A DNA stretch of 64,000 nucleotides, from NCBI GenBank assembly GCA_964016885.1, contig OZ024740.1:192138001-192202000 (forward strand). The letters are read 5' to 3'. Each line of letters starts with the position of its first letter. Position 1 is the stretch's first letter. This document shows, one piece after another, positions 49,901 through 64,000 of the stretch. This stretch comes from Eledone cirrhosa. Taxonomy: Eukaryota. Made by a program: the position numbers and the translations under genes. The notes under the pieces are model-generated. The model worked only from the letters and a program-made list of their open reading frames with translations, was not told where the DNA came from and made no database searches.

Positions 49901-52900
49901 GGTTTATCCGCCAGATACTGAGTCTAAGGAGGTCACTGAAGCGCCAAATGTAGTTAAAACTAAGTCATTTATATTAATTTGTGGCGTCATTGTACAGTGC
50001 TCACTTGTAATTGACATGGAAAGGTGTGATTGGAAGGGATAGTCATACCGATATAAATACGAATGAATAGACCTTATTAGACATATGTTCTAGTAAATGG
50101 CTCTCTATAATGAAAATCTACTTCCTGCAGAAAGACATCCATAAATACACATCGGGTAAGGAAATCCGGGACAAAGATAAATATCTAATTTTCTTATTAT
50201 CTACGGTCTCTTCGATTCTCCGTCTGATGTTCGTTTAAGCAAGAGGCTGAGCTTTCAACTGGTCACCATGTAGTTATCTGCAGCCTGTGACTTCCTAAAG
50301 GATCGAGTGTGAAGCGCTGGCTCAGAAGGAATGCAGGAGGTGGTATGTGGATAATACTACATGAAACGTCAGATATATATTTTGTATATAGTATATATAT
50401 ACATACATATGTAAACGTATATGTGCGTGTGTGTGTGTACGAATGTATGCATATGGGTGTAAATGGGTGATTTTGTGTATGCAAGCGAAAACAAAATATT
50501 CAAATAGTTAAAAATAATTCATACAACAAAACTTTTCAATTATTTACAGATAAAGTGTTTCTTCTCTTACCCAATTCTATAATTACTGCTACAACACCCC
50601 ACCATTTGATGTTCATTAACGATTACCGCTATAGTTTTCACACGTCTATTATAATGTGCTACACATCACCATACATAAACGTTTGTAAAATTCTCCTTAA
50701 GCCCATTTGTAAACTCATGAATACCTCCTCCCTCTCTACGTATTTGGTGAATACATTAACTTACAGGTAGGGGAATTCAATTGAGACATTTTGGAACTGA
50801 TAAATGAATTTTATTCTCAAACCCTAACACAAGCCGTAAGGAACTCACAGGGGAGCCGGGGAGCAAGATGTCTGCAGAGTAGAAACACCCTGCAAGTGAG
50901 TATTTTGGGCCTTATCTTCTTACACTTTAATGGGGCCGCGTCGCATCCAGGTCATGTTATCTGACAGCCCTTCTGCTTATATGTGTGTAATATATTTTCT
51001 TTATTTGCTTTACTTTTCTGATCTGAACACTTCAAATAGAGTTTAAGTTTTAAAAATGCCGATCTAAGATAGTTCTGATCTTGAAATTACGAGGATAGTC
51101 TCAGGTCCTTGACGCTCTTTCCCTCAGATCATATTTAGAATGCGAGATTCTTTGTGGGTATACATATATATATATTCATATATTAATGACAGAGTGAAGG
51201 AGAAGGAGGGAGAGAGATTAATTTCACCTGCAGAGAAAGGGGAAAACAGGCAAAATGATTAATATAGTAACGTATTATAAAATATTTTTTAAAAATAGTA
51301 TTGATGCTAAAGAACAGAACACCATTTGATAATTTATTTTATGGAAGTGCGTTTCTATTATACCTTATTCTGCACATATTGTGTTGACATTTATTCCGAA
51401 CTATGTCAGTGCATGTTCAAGAGCCCCTCTCATTATGACTAGAGTTACAGCTTAACGGGTGTATGAATATGAACCAACTTGTCTATAAATTGTGCTAAGT
51501 GGAAGGTATTAAAATATCAAATTGTATCAAATTCGCTATAGACATTGGTGGCACAATTATTCTTTCAATCATAGTTCTGTTTCCAAATTGCTATTTGACA
51601 TATATTTTATTCTGAATAGGTTAACTATATAGTATTAATAAGAATTAGAGATGTAATTAATATGTTCATTATATTGTGTGTGATATGATGATTGTACATT
51701 TCCGGGAGACAATGCTGTTACTGTCATTCGCATTTAGTTTGTTATCTGTTTGTAATATAAATTTCATTGTAGAGGAATATATTCAGCTGATTTACAGTTG
51801 GAAGCGCAGCAATTTGAACACAATGTGCATAGGAAGGATATATATTCAATAACATATATGCGATAGAACTTTCCAAGCCTATTTATGTATCCAACATAAC
51901 TTTCTGAATGTATTAATGAAGATTGTTTTCTTTGCAGTTAGCTATAAAGTTATTATGCCTTGTTTGGACAGTGAACTTGCCAATGTCATTAGCAGCGTAC
52001 GTTAAATTCACCTGAAAACATTCGGTACGCATAACAGTGTCGTTTTCGTAGATGTTATTATAATACCTAGTACTATTTTAATATATATTTTGTACAAACC
52101 ATAATTTTACACTATATTTATCAGGAAATATTTTTATTAAACAATTGGCTTGAGAACAGTACTGAAACAAACCACAAATCCGTATATTTTGAATTTAGCG
52201 ATATTAATATCCGATAGTCATAAAACAAAATCTGTAGATTCTGAACAAGCTAATACATTACAATATAAATTCTAAGAGAAACAATATCGAATTTGACAAT
52301 ACGGTCGCCGACTTTCAAAGATACACATTTTGAACGAATCTGTTCAGCTGTAGCAAACGCAGAGCAGTGTGAAATGAAATCCTATGACTAAATTTTTTTC
52401 TTTTATCTGAGAGTGCCGATCGAAGATGTGAAACATAAGAAACAATAATTCCTTAGTCATGTTTGTTATGAATCCTATCACGCAGCTGATGCTACTCATA
52501 AATAATGCAAAAGAAAATCATCAAAGTGGTTTACCCTGATAATACTACCAGAGATTTGGACGATTGAAGGAAAGTTATTTCAATCGACCTTAATATCCTT
52601 AATAACTATGGAATTTATTCATTGAATATGTTTAAAAGAAAGGCTAGAGTGTGTCTAGTGAGATTTGAACTAAATTCTTTGAAGTTAAAAGTAAATATCA
52701 TACAATGTTTTGTCAGCTTGTCTCATATGTCTAAGGACTAATATATGCCTAATTGTGAAGATAATAGACTAAGCTAAATTTAATAAATTACTTATATTCG
52801 ACGTGACAGAATATACCTTTCCCTCTTCTTTGAATATTTTGTACACACAAACAAACACTAACACACGCACATTGACGGCCGTGCACAGAACCCCCCCCCC

Positions 52901-54709
52901 CAATATGTATATATATATAATTGGTTACGGATGTCTCTTGCACTGATTACCACTAGACGAAATGTTAGTGATAAGAATGCATATGAAATATATATATATC
53001 ACCTTTTGTGAAAAACATTCTAAATTATTAGATCTATTCGTGTGATTAAAAATGTATAATTTATTTTATAGTTCGTCTTTTATTTTCATTGAATAGCACA
53101 TTTCAAGTTCTATATAATATATATTTGAACAACTCACCCATTCTCTATAGAAATGGAGAAATATCTATAATTTATATCATCTTAAACAATCTTATGCACA
53201 CAGGAAGGAAGATTTAAGATTACCTAGGATTAGAATATGAATTATTTTCTCTGTTTATATAAAGCAAAGAGCCTATGATTTCGGTTAAATACTAACAGTT
53301 GTTGAAAGTTTTATGGTTTTAAGTTTTTAGAATATATTTTTATCATTGCTAATTTGATATCTAACTAAACTGGAAATGCCCATTTTACATATCACAATCC
53401 TTCTTCATTCAAACTTAAATAACGTACAAAAGGCTTTGTATATATATATAACTTAAAGTATGTATATCCATGCGTGTGTTCGCCTGCGTGAATGGGAGTG
53501 CAGGTAGAATACATAGCCTCTTAAATTGTAGTATGCCATCTTCAGAAGTGTGTCCGTAGTTTCACACACACCCACACACACACAGATTATACAAACACAC
53601 ACACACCCACACATATATAGGTATATATATATACTCGCACACACACACGCACACACACACACATAAACACACACACACACGCACGCGCATATGTAAATAT
53701 CAGTGCATGTACAATCTTAATTAACAGGATCAATGTATGGAGATATGCATAAGTCTGTGCTGCACTAGGAGTCGATCGAGGCAGGGGTAGGGGTGGTGAA
53801 AGTGTAGGGGGTGGTTTACCGTGGGCTCGGTGTGGCGGGGCTACTGTCCCTATAGTTGAGGGAAGTTCCCTTCCCAATGCGTTGTTGTTGCCCATATAGC
53901 TAGAGGAAGGTCCCGGCCCTGAGGTGTCTACATGTCCCGGGGAATTCCCTATAGCTGAGTGAAGTTCCCCTCCCAGTGTGTTGTTATTGTCCATATAGCT
54001 TGAGGAAGGTCCCGGCCCTGAGGTGTCTACATGTCCCAAAGAAGTCAGTTCTGATGTTTATCAGGCTGTTTCCACCGCTGAGTATCTCGAGTGTCTCGCT
54101 CAGACATAGTTTGCAGATTCCCGAGCCCCCTTTATCAGGTGGTACTTTCCTGATTTTGGAACAGGCCAGAGAGTACGGGGTGCTGTCCAGCCTGAGCTTC
54201 CAGATCAGTTCGGAAAGAGCCGCACTTTTCCAATTGTCCTACCTGTTAAAGGAATGGCGATGGTTATACCATCGGTCCTTAAAGCTCGTTGATGTGGCTC
54301 CTATGTAAAGGTATACCCCGACAATGGGATCGGGGAGGGGGTGGGGGAACCCTAAAAATACAAGCAGAATAAAAACAACTAAACACCATGAACCCGACAC
54401 CACCACATTGGGAGGGACATCTACACATAATCATGTGAGGAAACCCGGTACGAGTGGCGGTCTCAGGGGTCATATCAATCCCCCCGTGCACGACGCCCCC
54501 AACTGCAAGACACGAAGCGGGACCGATGGAATACCATCCTACCGTAGAATTCCCAGCGTGGGTAACAACTACCCCAGAGATGCGGGCCTCGAAGTTAGTA
54601 GAACACATAGCGCCCACAGGTAAAGCAGCAATGCTGGAACCACTAGCAACCCAACAACTCCCCAACAGCCCACGTCACGCTATACCCACCCACATAGGAG
54701 TAGACACAG

Positions 54710-55515
54710 AAAAATCACGTGGTACAACCCACTACACTCAGCGGCCATAAAGAACAGCATGGCCCGGTCATACTTTAGCGCACTAGATAAATGCTTCCCG
54801 AAGGACCATAGATACCGCAAGAGCTTCAACAGACAGACACACTGTAAAGCGAAAATATTCTACCACGCGAAATGTGGCCCTGCACATAGCTAGCATTAAT
54901 AGGGGTAGACTTAAAAACCACACACAACCGGAAGCTGGCAATATAGGCTCCCGGCAGAACCATGTGGAGGGAAAGAAGGGTGGACCCTGTAATCCAAACA
55001 GACCCAGGGACCCCCCACCTGGGCCCTGGGTGGACCAGCAAATAATACGCAACGGGAAGCCCACATTAGGGACGCGGAGGTCGACCACCTCCTGCAACTG
55101 CAGAAAGCCAGCATTATGCCCCCTTAGTAATGAATGCCTAAGGAAGAACTTAAAATACGCATGTAGAGTTAAAACCCCCAACTCTGAAACCTTTACGTAG
55201 GAGCCACATCAACGAGCTTTAAGGACCGTTGGTATAACCATCGCCATTCCTTTAACAAGGAGGACAAAAGGAAAAGTACGGCTCTTTCGGAACTGATCTG
55301 GAAGCTCAAGCTGGACAGGACCCCGTATTCTCTGGCCTGGTCCAAAATCAGGAAAGTACCACTGATAAAGGGGGATCTGGCATCTGCAAAGTATCTCTGA
55401 GCGAGACCCTCGAGATACTCAGCTGTGGAACAACCTGATACACCTCAGAACTGACTTCTTCGGGGCATGTAGACACCTCAGGGCCGGGACCTTCCTCAAG
55501 CTATATGGACAATAA
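54710..55515 (+). pseudogene. Penelope RT linker and GIY-YIG endonuclease, frameshifted
   Basis: CNCRKPALCPLSNECL..LKYAC..YVGATSTSFKDRWYNHRHSF..STALSELIWKLK..C..LSE..CRH. Confidence 0.85.
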
Positions 55516-55950
55516 CAACATGCTGGGAGTGGAACTTCCCTCAAGCTATAGGCACTTCTCCGAGACATGAGGACACCCCAGGCCCGGACCTTCCTCAACC
55601 TATATGAACAATAACAACACATTGGGATGGGAACTTCCCTCAAGCTATAGGGACTTCACCGGGACATGTAGACACCTCAGAACCGGGACCTTCCTCTAGC
55701 TATATGGGCAACAACAACATACTGGGAGTGGAACTTCCCTCAAGCTATAGGGACTTCTCCGAGACATGAGGGCACCCCAGGCCCGGACCTTCCTCAAGCT
55801 ATATGAACAATAACAACACTTTGGGATGGGAACTTCCCTCAAGCTATAGGGACTTCACCGGGACATGTAGACACCTCAGGGCCGGGACCTTCCTCTAGCT
55901 ATATGGGCAACAACAACGCATTGGGAAGGTAACTTTCCTCAAGCTATAGG
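55466..55950 (+). repeat. Five tandem 99-100 bp units (alternating A/B) in the Penelope terminal region
   Basis: catg..(g)acacc recurs at 55466, 55566, 55665, 55765 and 55864. Confidence 0.9.
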
Positions 55951-56697
55951 GACAGTAGCCCAGCCACGCCGAGCCCACGGTAAACCACTCCCTACACTGT
56001 CACCACCCCTACCCCTGCCTCGATCGACTTCTATGGCAGCAGAGACTTATGCATATGTCCATACATAGATCCTGTTATTTAAGATTGTACATGCACTGAT
56101 ACTTACATATGTGTGTGTGCGCGGGGTGGGGGGTATATGTGTGTGTATGTACGTGTGTGTGCGAGTATATATATACATATATATGTGTGGGTGTGTGTGT
56201 GTTTGTATAATATGTGTGTTTGTGGGTGGGTGTGAATACGGGATACACCTGTGCCCGGGTTGGTGCGTGAGTGCTTGCAACGATGTGGGTTGACATACAC
56301 ACATATGTACTCTATGCCGAATTAAAATCTGTAGTCCTCTGCATTTCTGGATTTTGACACTCAGGTTATGGTTTTTTACAGTCCACTATTGCCTCATTTG
56401 CTCTTAAAACGCAGCAACCCATTATAGTGTAAATGTCGTAATCCTTTGCATTTCCCAATTCTGACACATAGCCTTTATACTTCCAAATCTTTCAAACTTT
56501 AATATTGGCTATAACACACGCACTTTATTCTTCTTTGATAATTGATATTGGCTATAACAAACACGCATTTTATTCTATTTTATTCATTTATTTTTTTTTT
56601 TACTTCTTCATTTTATTGTATCGTATCTTATTATTTTATTATTTACTTTATCTTATGTTTTCATATTTTATTTCTTCATGTTACCTTATCTTATTCC

Positions 56698-56884
56698 ACG
56701 GTGGGTTGGCAGTATCGGTAGAGGGTCGGACGCCATGCTTTCCAGCATAGTTACGTCCCTTTACGACCTGAGTTCAAATCCCGCCGAGGTTGACTTTGCC
56801 TTTCATCCTTACGGGGTCGATAAAATAAAGTACCAGTAATGCACTGGGTATTTGCTGGCTTTGTGCCAAAAGTAGAAACAATTA
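56698..56884 (+). mobile_element. tRNA-derived SINE
   Basis: Close match to 34343-34522. Confidence 0.9.
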
Positions 56885-57149
56885 TCTGTTTGGCACCCCC
56901 CACCACGTAAAAGGGTGGTAGGATTGATGCCAACCCACTACACTCATTCTTCTGAAGACAGCAGCAGCAGAACTAAGGCTAACACCAATAAACACAAGGG
57001 AGGAGGTCAGATGTACTTAACAAAAACAACCATAACAGATTGTCTTGCCTCAGAAAAAAATGTCTATAGACTTTTGACTGAGGAATGTTCTCACAGCTGA
57101 CCAATGGGAGGAGGGAGTGTCCTATGAAGCTGAAATTCGTTTGTTCAAA

Positions 57150-57370
57150 TTCATATGATTCCAGTTCCTCAGAGAAATAACAACCCAACCAGGAGATGGA
57201 CATATCGGAGTAGTGACAGAGTAAAACACTTTAACAACATGTGTACCTCTCTCTACCACACCAATTCGAACTGCCTGAAGAGGTCACAGCCAATGATGGC
57301 TGTCACCTAAATATATATAGCAGTATATCTTTAATAAACGAAGCCAAATCATAAATATTTGACTTAATTA
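57150..57370 (+). repeat. Single Penelope-type pLTR arm with hammerhead motif (57270-57324; GAAA mutated to TAAA)
   Basis: Homologous to 22064-22292; actgc-CTGAAGA-ggtcacagcca/atga/tggctgtcacc-TAAA-tatata-TA-gcagt. Confidence 0.8.
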
Positions 57371-57416
57371 CTTTATTTTATATATATATATATATACATA
57401 TATTACAAACAATGAA

Positions 57417-57591
57417 TGGTAAGAAACCAGGTGCACCATAACGCACCAGAGTACTCGATCCTTAGGGTAGTAGAGTGGGTAATAGGAAAATAGTCAGGAC
57501 CCCGACGACGAGCTCCGGCCGTTTGGACAGTTCAAATCTAGCTGTCGAATAGGCCGGAGCTCAGCCGTCGTGGTATTGACTCTTTTCCTAT
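57417..57591 (+). repeat. Unclassified hairpin-tailed repeat, copy 3 (full ~110 bp hairpin)
   Basis: taggaaaatagtca..gagctccggcc..gacag / ctgtc..ggccggagctc..tgactcttttccta. Confidence 0.8.
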
Positions 57592-57844
57592 ATATATATA
57601 TATTGTATATAATTATATATAACTATATATATAATTTGTGCGTGCATTTGTGTGTGTGTGTGTCTGTGTGTGTATCTCGCCAATGCTTCAGTAAAACATC
57701 TAAACGCGAGCTTATAGAATGAAAATTCGGTATGTTCACAAGCGTAATTATTCGATATTGATGAACATATTGAACATAATATAATAAAAATGTAATAATT
57801 CATGAAATATTAAATTAAAGAAACAGATTAACAATGAAAGAATA

Positions 57845-58055
57845 ATTTCTGCTATAGGCACAAGGCCATCATTTTTGGGGAGGGGGAAAGTTGATAACAT
57901 CGACAGAAGTGCATTACTAATGGTTTGTTCTATCGACTCCGTAAGTATGAAATGCAAAGCTAACCTCGTGAGTATTTGAAATCAGAAAGTAAAGGGTCGT
58001 AACTCAATACCAGAAAGCATGTTGTCCGATGCACTACCGATTCTGCCAACCCACT
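57845..58055 (-). mobile_element. Diverged SINE
   Basis: Reverse complement of the SINE including the head (accgattctgccaaccc). Confidence 0.7.
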
Positions 58056-58598
58056 GAAACGCAATGTCGGACATATAAAAAAATATACTGTAATGAATTG
58101 ATATTTATCCTGGCGTCCTGATGGAATCGTAGTTGTAGATGCATAAGTTTAAGCAGCTCTGATTACATCATCCTGGTTACATAGAAATGTTTCCAGATGT
58201 AAAGGTAGTGACATAGTTACGAAGAATATGATTGAGGTCCACAAAAATAGAGGGCTGGTACAATAAACAAGAAGAAGAAGAAAAACATAATTCCAAAATG
58301 GACACCGATTTATTGCAACATATGCAAAACCCAAGCCAAGCAAGATTCTTATTTGGAAAAAATACGTAAAATTGTGTATGATTAAATATCTATATATCAG
58401 TAGCAGCGTGGTTATGTTTAAGAATGCATTTTATTTTTGCAAAGGATCCAATGGATTGAGGATTAACTTCTACAAACAACCGAAGAATAAGATAACGTGA
58501 AATAACATGCCGTCTAAACATTCTCACACGGACATAAACTACTGCGCATTATCTATATGAATTAGAAATGTTGAAATAAAATATTGTTTCTTTACAAT

Positions 58599-58681
<83 letters not shown>

Positions 58682-59249
58682 GCATTCATGAAAGTGCATT
58701 ACACCTGATATAATTCTGTCGACATAATCTACCTTGCTGCTGAAATAACATGATCAAAGGAGCTACCACATACTTAGATATTCATTCTCATGAATGATAT
58801 ACGAGGATATGTCGTTCATAAAATATGATACTTATCATGAACCTTTAATTTTTCTTTCTAGCTAGGGTATTTTTTGCTTCGATAATTTCTATTTCTTCAA
58901 ACATTCTACAGATACTCTGCCCCACTCTAGCAAATATGTTTCGCTCCCCGGCCATTAAACATAGCATTTCCCAGTTTCTTCTCCTGATAAATATATTTCT
59001 TTGTAAATCCATGTAATTACTCGTGAACATGGCCCCGAGACGGTTGGACTTCACGTGCTTCAGTGGAACTGCATGGCAGTAATGCGCCAGATTCAGCATT
59101 GGATAATCAGAAAAAAGGATTATCTAAACCAGCGATCTTAAATTCGTGATTCATGCCAAACCTTGCCTATGGGTAATGACCGAACTAATTCCATCTAGAA
59201 TAACAGCTGCCGATATTGGGTTCTCCGTAGGCTCTTTAGAGTAACATTA

Positions 59250-59585
59250 CTCGATAAAGTGCGTAGCTCGGAGATCCTCACTCATGGTAGGGCCGCTAGT
59301 TATCCGAATTGAGAGATCATAGCACCGATAATATGGGCATGTGATGAGGATATCTCGGGAAAAAATGTCTGGACAGGTTTTACGGGCACGACCAACAGGC
59401 AGGAGACCCAGGCGTAGGCCACGAGCAAGATGGTTCGAACACATCAATAGGATTGGCTGGTCTCGCTTGAGGATCCACCCGGATCTGTTGGAGACGATTT
59501 ATACTAACATGACTCGTTGGAAGCAGTGTTTCAGGGCCCTGCATTTGTGACGCACTCAGGAAAAAGTGGACGAAGAAGAAGAAAC
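59250..59585 (+). mobile_element. RTE-clade LINE 3' fragment
   Basis: YGHVMR..PTGRRPRRRPRARWFEHI..W motif and a (GAA)n tail. Confidence 0.75.
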
Positions 59586-60383
59586 TATTGAACTCCGTTT
59601 GGTTTTTCTTTCAATCATTATGTCACTTCAAGATAAATTATTTGTTAACACTGGCCATATCTTAATTACATATCAGAATTCACTTCTTCTGGATACGTAG
59701 CTTTTATGATATAGAGCCTACATATTCTCACGATGTGTAGATATTTGGAAGATAATTAGTGTAGGTGTTCAGAGGAAGGAATTCATAGACCACCAATAGT
59801 AAGTCCGAGTTGACTTCAAATCCGTTTCGCATAACTTGATATACTATCTTCCCTAAAAGATTGAGTACAAAACAAAAACAAAAGTATCCAATATAGGTAC
59901 ATAATTATATAGTTTGAGTGTTACTGGAAGCTCAATATTGAATAACTGAGATGACTATAACTATCGTATACGATGCAAAATTAATTAAATTGGAAACAAA
60001 AAAAAGGACAGATTGTTAACTGTTCACCAGGCGCTATTATCGATGCAGAAAAGGCTAAAACAGACTCGAATTAATTAAATATGAAGCATTCATTACTTCA
60101 TTGGTTTGGAGATAAACTTGACTGATAGTTGAAATTCATTTAAAAACACTCACTTTCTCTCACTCTTCTTCCCTGCCCATATATTTCTGGGTGGGTCATG
60201 GAGGCAGTTTCCTCAAACACTTCTTTAAGCTTTCCCTCTCAGAATCACTGTCTACAATAGATCCTGCTGGATATCCAAACGAGACAGCAAAGCTTATGGA
60301 TGTTATATAAATCTTCGTATTAGACACGTTAATGTAATATTATATCCAGACTACATGTTCACTAATAATTGTACATTCGTCGC

Positions 60384-60530
60384 AGGCGGCAAATTGGGAG
60401 AGTCGTTAAAACGTCAGATAGAATGCATTGTGATCCTCGATCTGGCTTTCGGCTTTTATATTCTAAATCCAGCCAAGTTCAACTTCTCCTTTCATCCATT
60501 CGAGGTCGATAGAAATATGCCTGGGGTCGA
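60384..60530 (+). mobile_element. Highly diverged SINE
   Basis: ggcggcaaattgg head and cctttcatcc..ggtcgata body. Confidence 0.5.
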
Positions 60531-61449
60531 ATGTTCCTATATACCCCTATCTCACTTCCATTCTCCAACATTCAATCTTTTTCTGGAAGATATCTGCTGT
60601 ACACAGACATGTTTAGGTTGGAAATACCCTAGAAACGTCGTATTTCAATACGGCAACCATATGAATCCCCCTCGAGTTAAGGACCTGCCATCTATCCATT
60701 CATACTGTCATCGATTTGTCAGCAAATAATGCTTTTATTTAAAATATTGACTACAAAAATGCGGTTCATGACCCATATTCACTGATTGGCGATGTTAGTG
60801 TTTTAACAGACAGTTTAAATCTTGTGAGAATTTAGTAATATCTTTCTCTCACTCTCCATATGTCATTACCATTTCCAGTTATATAAATGTATATAATATG
60901 AATTGAATTTATATTAAACTTGTAAAATATCATCGATTAGTTTCGTGCTCAAAAGGGCCACCTTATCAAAATAACAGATACCAGTGTAGGTTATGTTCCC
61001 AAGAATTCTTTGAAATCATGAAATCTAAGGATATCCTATTAAATAAGCGACATGAATTAATTATATCTTGCAATCGTAGACATAGAAGAACCTTCAAATA
61101 TTATAAACCTAATTAATATACACATTACTCTTATATTTTACAAATTATTATAATTGTTTTTTTAAATTTAGTTAACCTATAATTTTTATTTTACTACAGA
61201 GAACTTCATATTTTTATTTCCCTCTTACAGCTCTCTTTTCCTAAAATGATTTTTAACCACACTACTTCATTTAATCGCATCCCCTATTTATCACATTTAA
61301 TACCTATGATTATTAAATATAATTAATATCTTTAATATCATCAATGTCCTTATAGATATAATACACTTTATGAACAAATGTTTATCTACTTCAGTTTTTC
61401 CATATATTTATTTTTTATTTTCATTGTTTTAATTTCTTTCTTCTTTATT

Positions 61450-61818
61450 TATCACATTCATATGAATTAATATAATTTTATCTCTGTAAGTATACCTATA
61501 AATTAATTTAATTTGGTGTTATGTATTTAGATTCCTTCTGGTTTAAATACGATTGGTATTTCTCACTAATACCCTTATCCCAACATTTTATTTTCCTTCG
61601 TTTTTAACAAAACTCTTTAATAACATCAAGTTTTTATTTATCACATTCATATGAATTAATATAACTTTATCCCTGTAAATATATCTATCAATTAATTTAA
61701 TTTATTGTTATATATCTAGATTCCTTGTGGTTTAAAGAAGATAGGTATTTCTCACTAATACCCTTACCCAAACATTTTATTTTCCTTCGTTTTTAATAAT
61801 CTTATTTAATAACATCAC
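61450..61818. repeat. Tandem duplication, 189 bp unit
   Basis: tatcacattcatatgaattaatataa at 61450 and 61639; the downstream sequence is also duplicated. Confidence 0.85.
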
Positions 61819-62375
61819 ATTTTCGTGTATCCTTCACTATCTTCTTGACTTGACCAATTTCATCTCCATAGTATTCTTTTCGCTCAAAGCATAAGTCTGT
61901 ACTCCTATACCCCTAGATTTAATTTCTACTACCGCCATTCTATCAACTTGACCTCTAACTCATTTTCTATTGGTCAATTCAAAACCTGTTCCCCAACAGA
62001 CCCTTTATATTAATTCTTTGTTTTTTTTAATAAACACATCTCATCATTTCTGAGTACGGCATGTATATGTGAAGGTATGTATATTTCCTCTGATAATTTG
62101 TAATATTTTTATATAGATCTATATGATATGCATACCAACACACATATACATACCAGAAACGATCGTAAAATGATGATTTTTTTAAATATAAGGAACTTGT
62201 TCTTTGTGTTTATTTCATTGCTTTTATTAATTGATCTTGACTCTGTTTTCCTATGATTTTTATCGTAAATTTTTTAATGCATCTTCTCTTTTCATGATAT
62301 CTTCTATATTTGGATTACATTGAGTTCTTCATACGGATTGGACACTACGGTATATTTTGGTAGATGTATCTACAC

Positions 62376-62423
<48 letters not shown>

Positions 62424-63092
62424 GCATCAGACTATCACCCGTCAAAAAACACCTTGTCTACTTCCAAACTAATCAGTTTCCGCCTCCAGAATCGAAAAAT
62501 GAGAGGCGCACCACCTATCCTCCTGAACTCGGCTTATGTAACCGGACCACAATAGCCACCTAATGTTAAAGACATTATACATATATACATGTACACACAG
62601 AAGTCAGAAGTTTGCCATTACATCATAGAACATTTCACCGGAACGTTCAAGCAGGTGAGTTTCCAGACCATCTATGGTTATAAGGACACTTTCAGGGATG
62701 CGACATTCGGACTGTCTGTCTCCTGGCATTGGTGTCTTTTCATGCATACTACGATACGTTGTCAGCCCACCAGCTGACTTGGAAATTAAGCCACACTCAT
62801 GTGATATCAGATTACCATAAACACTGTATTGTTTTGTGAATCACTAGTCTGACAGGCCAGGTAAGTCCTGGAATGGTCTTCATAACTCATATGGATGATA
62901 TTGATCAAATATTCTGCGAAATACACTGAATAAGTTGATGCACAAATCAAATCTTAAATACCTGTTAACGGAATTTCACGTTGTCCTTAATATATATATA
63001 TATATATATAACATATATATACATGTGTGTATATATGTGTATGCATATACATACACACACACACACACAGCATTATATATATATATATACGA

Positions 63093-63137
<45 letters not shown>

Positions 63138-64000
63138 AATATATATATACGAGTATATATATATATATACGTAAATATATATATATACATACATATTTGT
63201 ATAGGTTTATTTTGATTCCATTAGTCTATTTACATATATTGCGTTTCATCTAGGACGTTCTCTAAACTAAACGAGAACGATGGGTATACATTATGTTCTA
63301 AACTCCGTGTTCCAGAGACAAAGCAGCTAATGATGTTACAAAACATGTCAATGATTTTCTTGTTCAAAGATTTATGTTCTTACATTTTCGACTCACTCAT
63401 ATATATTTAATCGATTTTGCATTGGTAAATGCGAAATCTTGTGTTTCCTAAGAGATAACTAAATGTGTATGAACACACTATTTGAAACAAACAACAAAAT
63501 GAAACATACCTTTAAAAAAAAAAAATCTATTCTAATCACAATACGATATTTTAGGTTGTCAGTCCATAGTCTACTACGGAGCACTAAAACTCAACAATAA
63601 CTAGCGTTATATTGATGCTTAATCTCAGATGTAAAGAAACGACCAATGCATATCATCAATCAAACAAGATTCTATGTTATCAATCAGTTACAGTTTTCAC
63701 GGCTATTTTTCTGTAAGGCAAAATCGATCAATCATTACTGTCTACACAATTTCATATCCACAATGCATTAATTCATAATTTTATCCATTGCCTTGCACGT
63801 ATCGCATTCTTATATATATTTTCTATGAAGTATGACGTGGGATATATATTTAATTCTTATCCAAAATGTCCATGAATAATATAGAAGCATGATATATCTT
63901 CTTGAACTAGTGACCGTCGTGTTATAAATCACAAGAACAAAAAATATGAACTGTCGTGGCTGAAATAATGTATGACGTGTATAACGGTTACTTTAGATGT

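Larger units (their letters stand above)
53550..56248 (+). mobile_element. Penelope-like element, 5'-truncated, with inverted 3' arm
   Basis: 53550-54311 is the reverse complement of 55190-56248; the + strand encodes WYNP..LDKCFPKDHRYRKSFNR and a GIY-YIG domain. Confidence 0.9.

Noticed and set aside
53470-53556. CTGAAGA on - at the end of the Penelope inverted arm
   Set aside because: No matching stem II or GAAA could be found.
55466-55950. CRISPR-like periodic array
   Set aside because: Whole units repeat with no unique spacers; eukaryotic context and no cas genes.
62420-62870. Possible host exons with donors at ~62656 and ~62861
   Set aside because: No recognisable peptide or consistent exon chain; this would need RNA-seq.

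Overview
Repeat-rich eukaryotic (animal) genomic DNA with no supportable host gene. The tRNA-type SINE and the abundant (TA)n/(CA)n/(ATT)n microsatellites resemble octopod cephalopod DNA, which is an inference from recall, not a search. 1-18 kb: a nested array of three decayed Tx1/L1-clade LINEs on + (CCHC ORF1; APE-RT-CCHC ORF2) interleaved with R4/Dong-like RT plus restriction-like endonuclease fragments on -. 18.9-25.2 kb: an island of inverted repeats carrying several type I hammerhead ribozyme motifs. These lie in a ~322-325 bp tandem/inverted retrozyme-like repeat with an octamer motif, a 450 bp palindrome of Penelope-type terminal repeats, an isolated hammerhead, and next to a Penelope RT remnant. 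31-47 kb: R4/Dong-like elements of three families in (TAA)n tracts (one nearly intact) plus a CRE-clade fragment with an N-terminal PHD finger. 53.5-57.6 kb: a Penelope GIY-YIG element with an inverted arm and an expanded ~100 bp repeat. SINEs and RTE fragments are scattered throughout. The best candidate for a novel system is the hammerhead retrozyme, with Penelope-like elements as possible mobilising partners. All calls were made by eye and boundaries are approximate.
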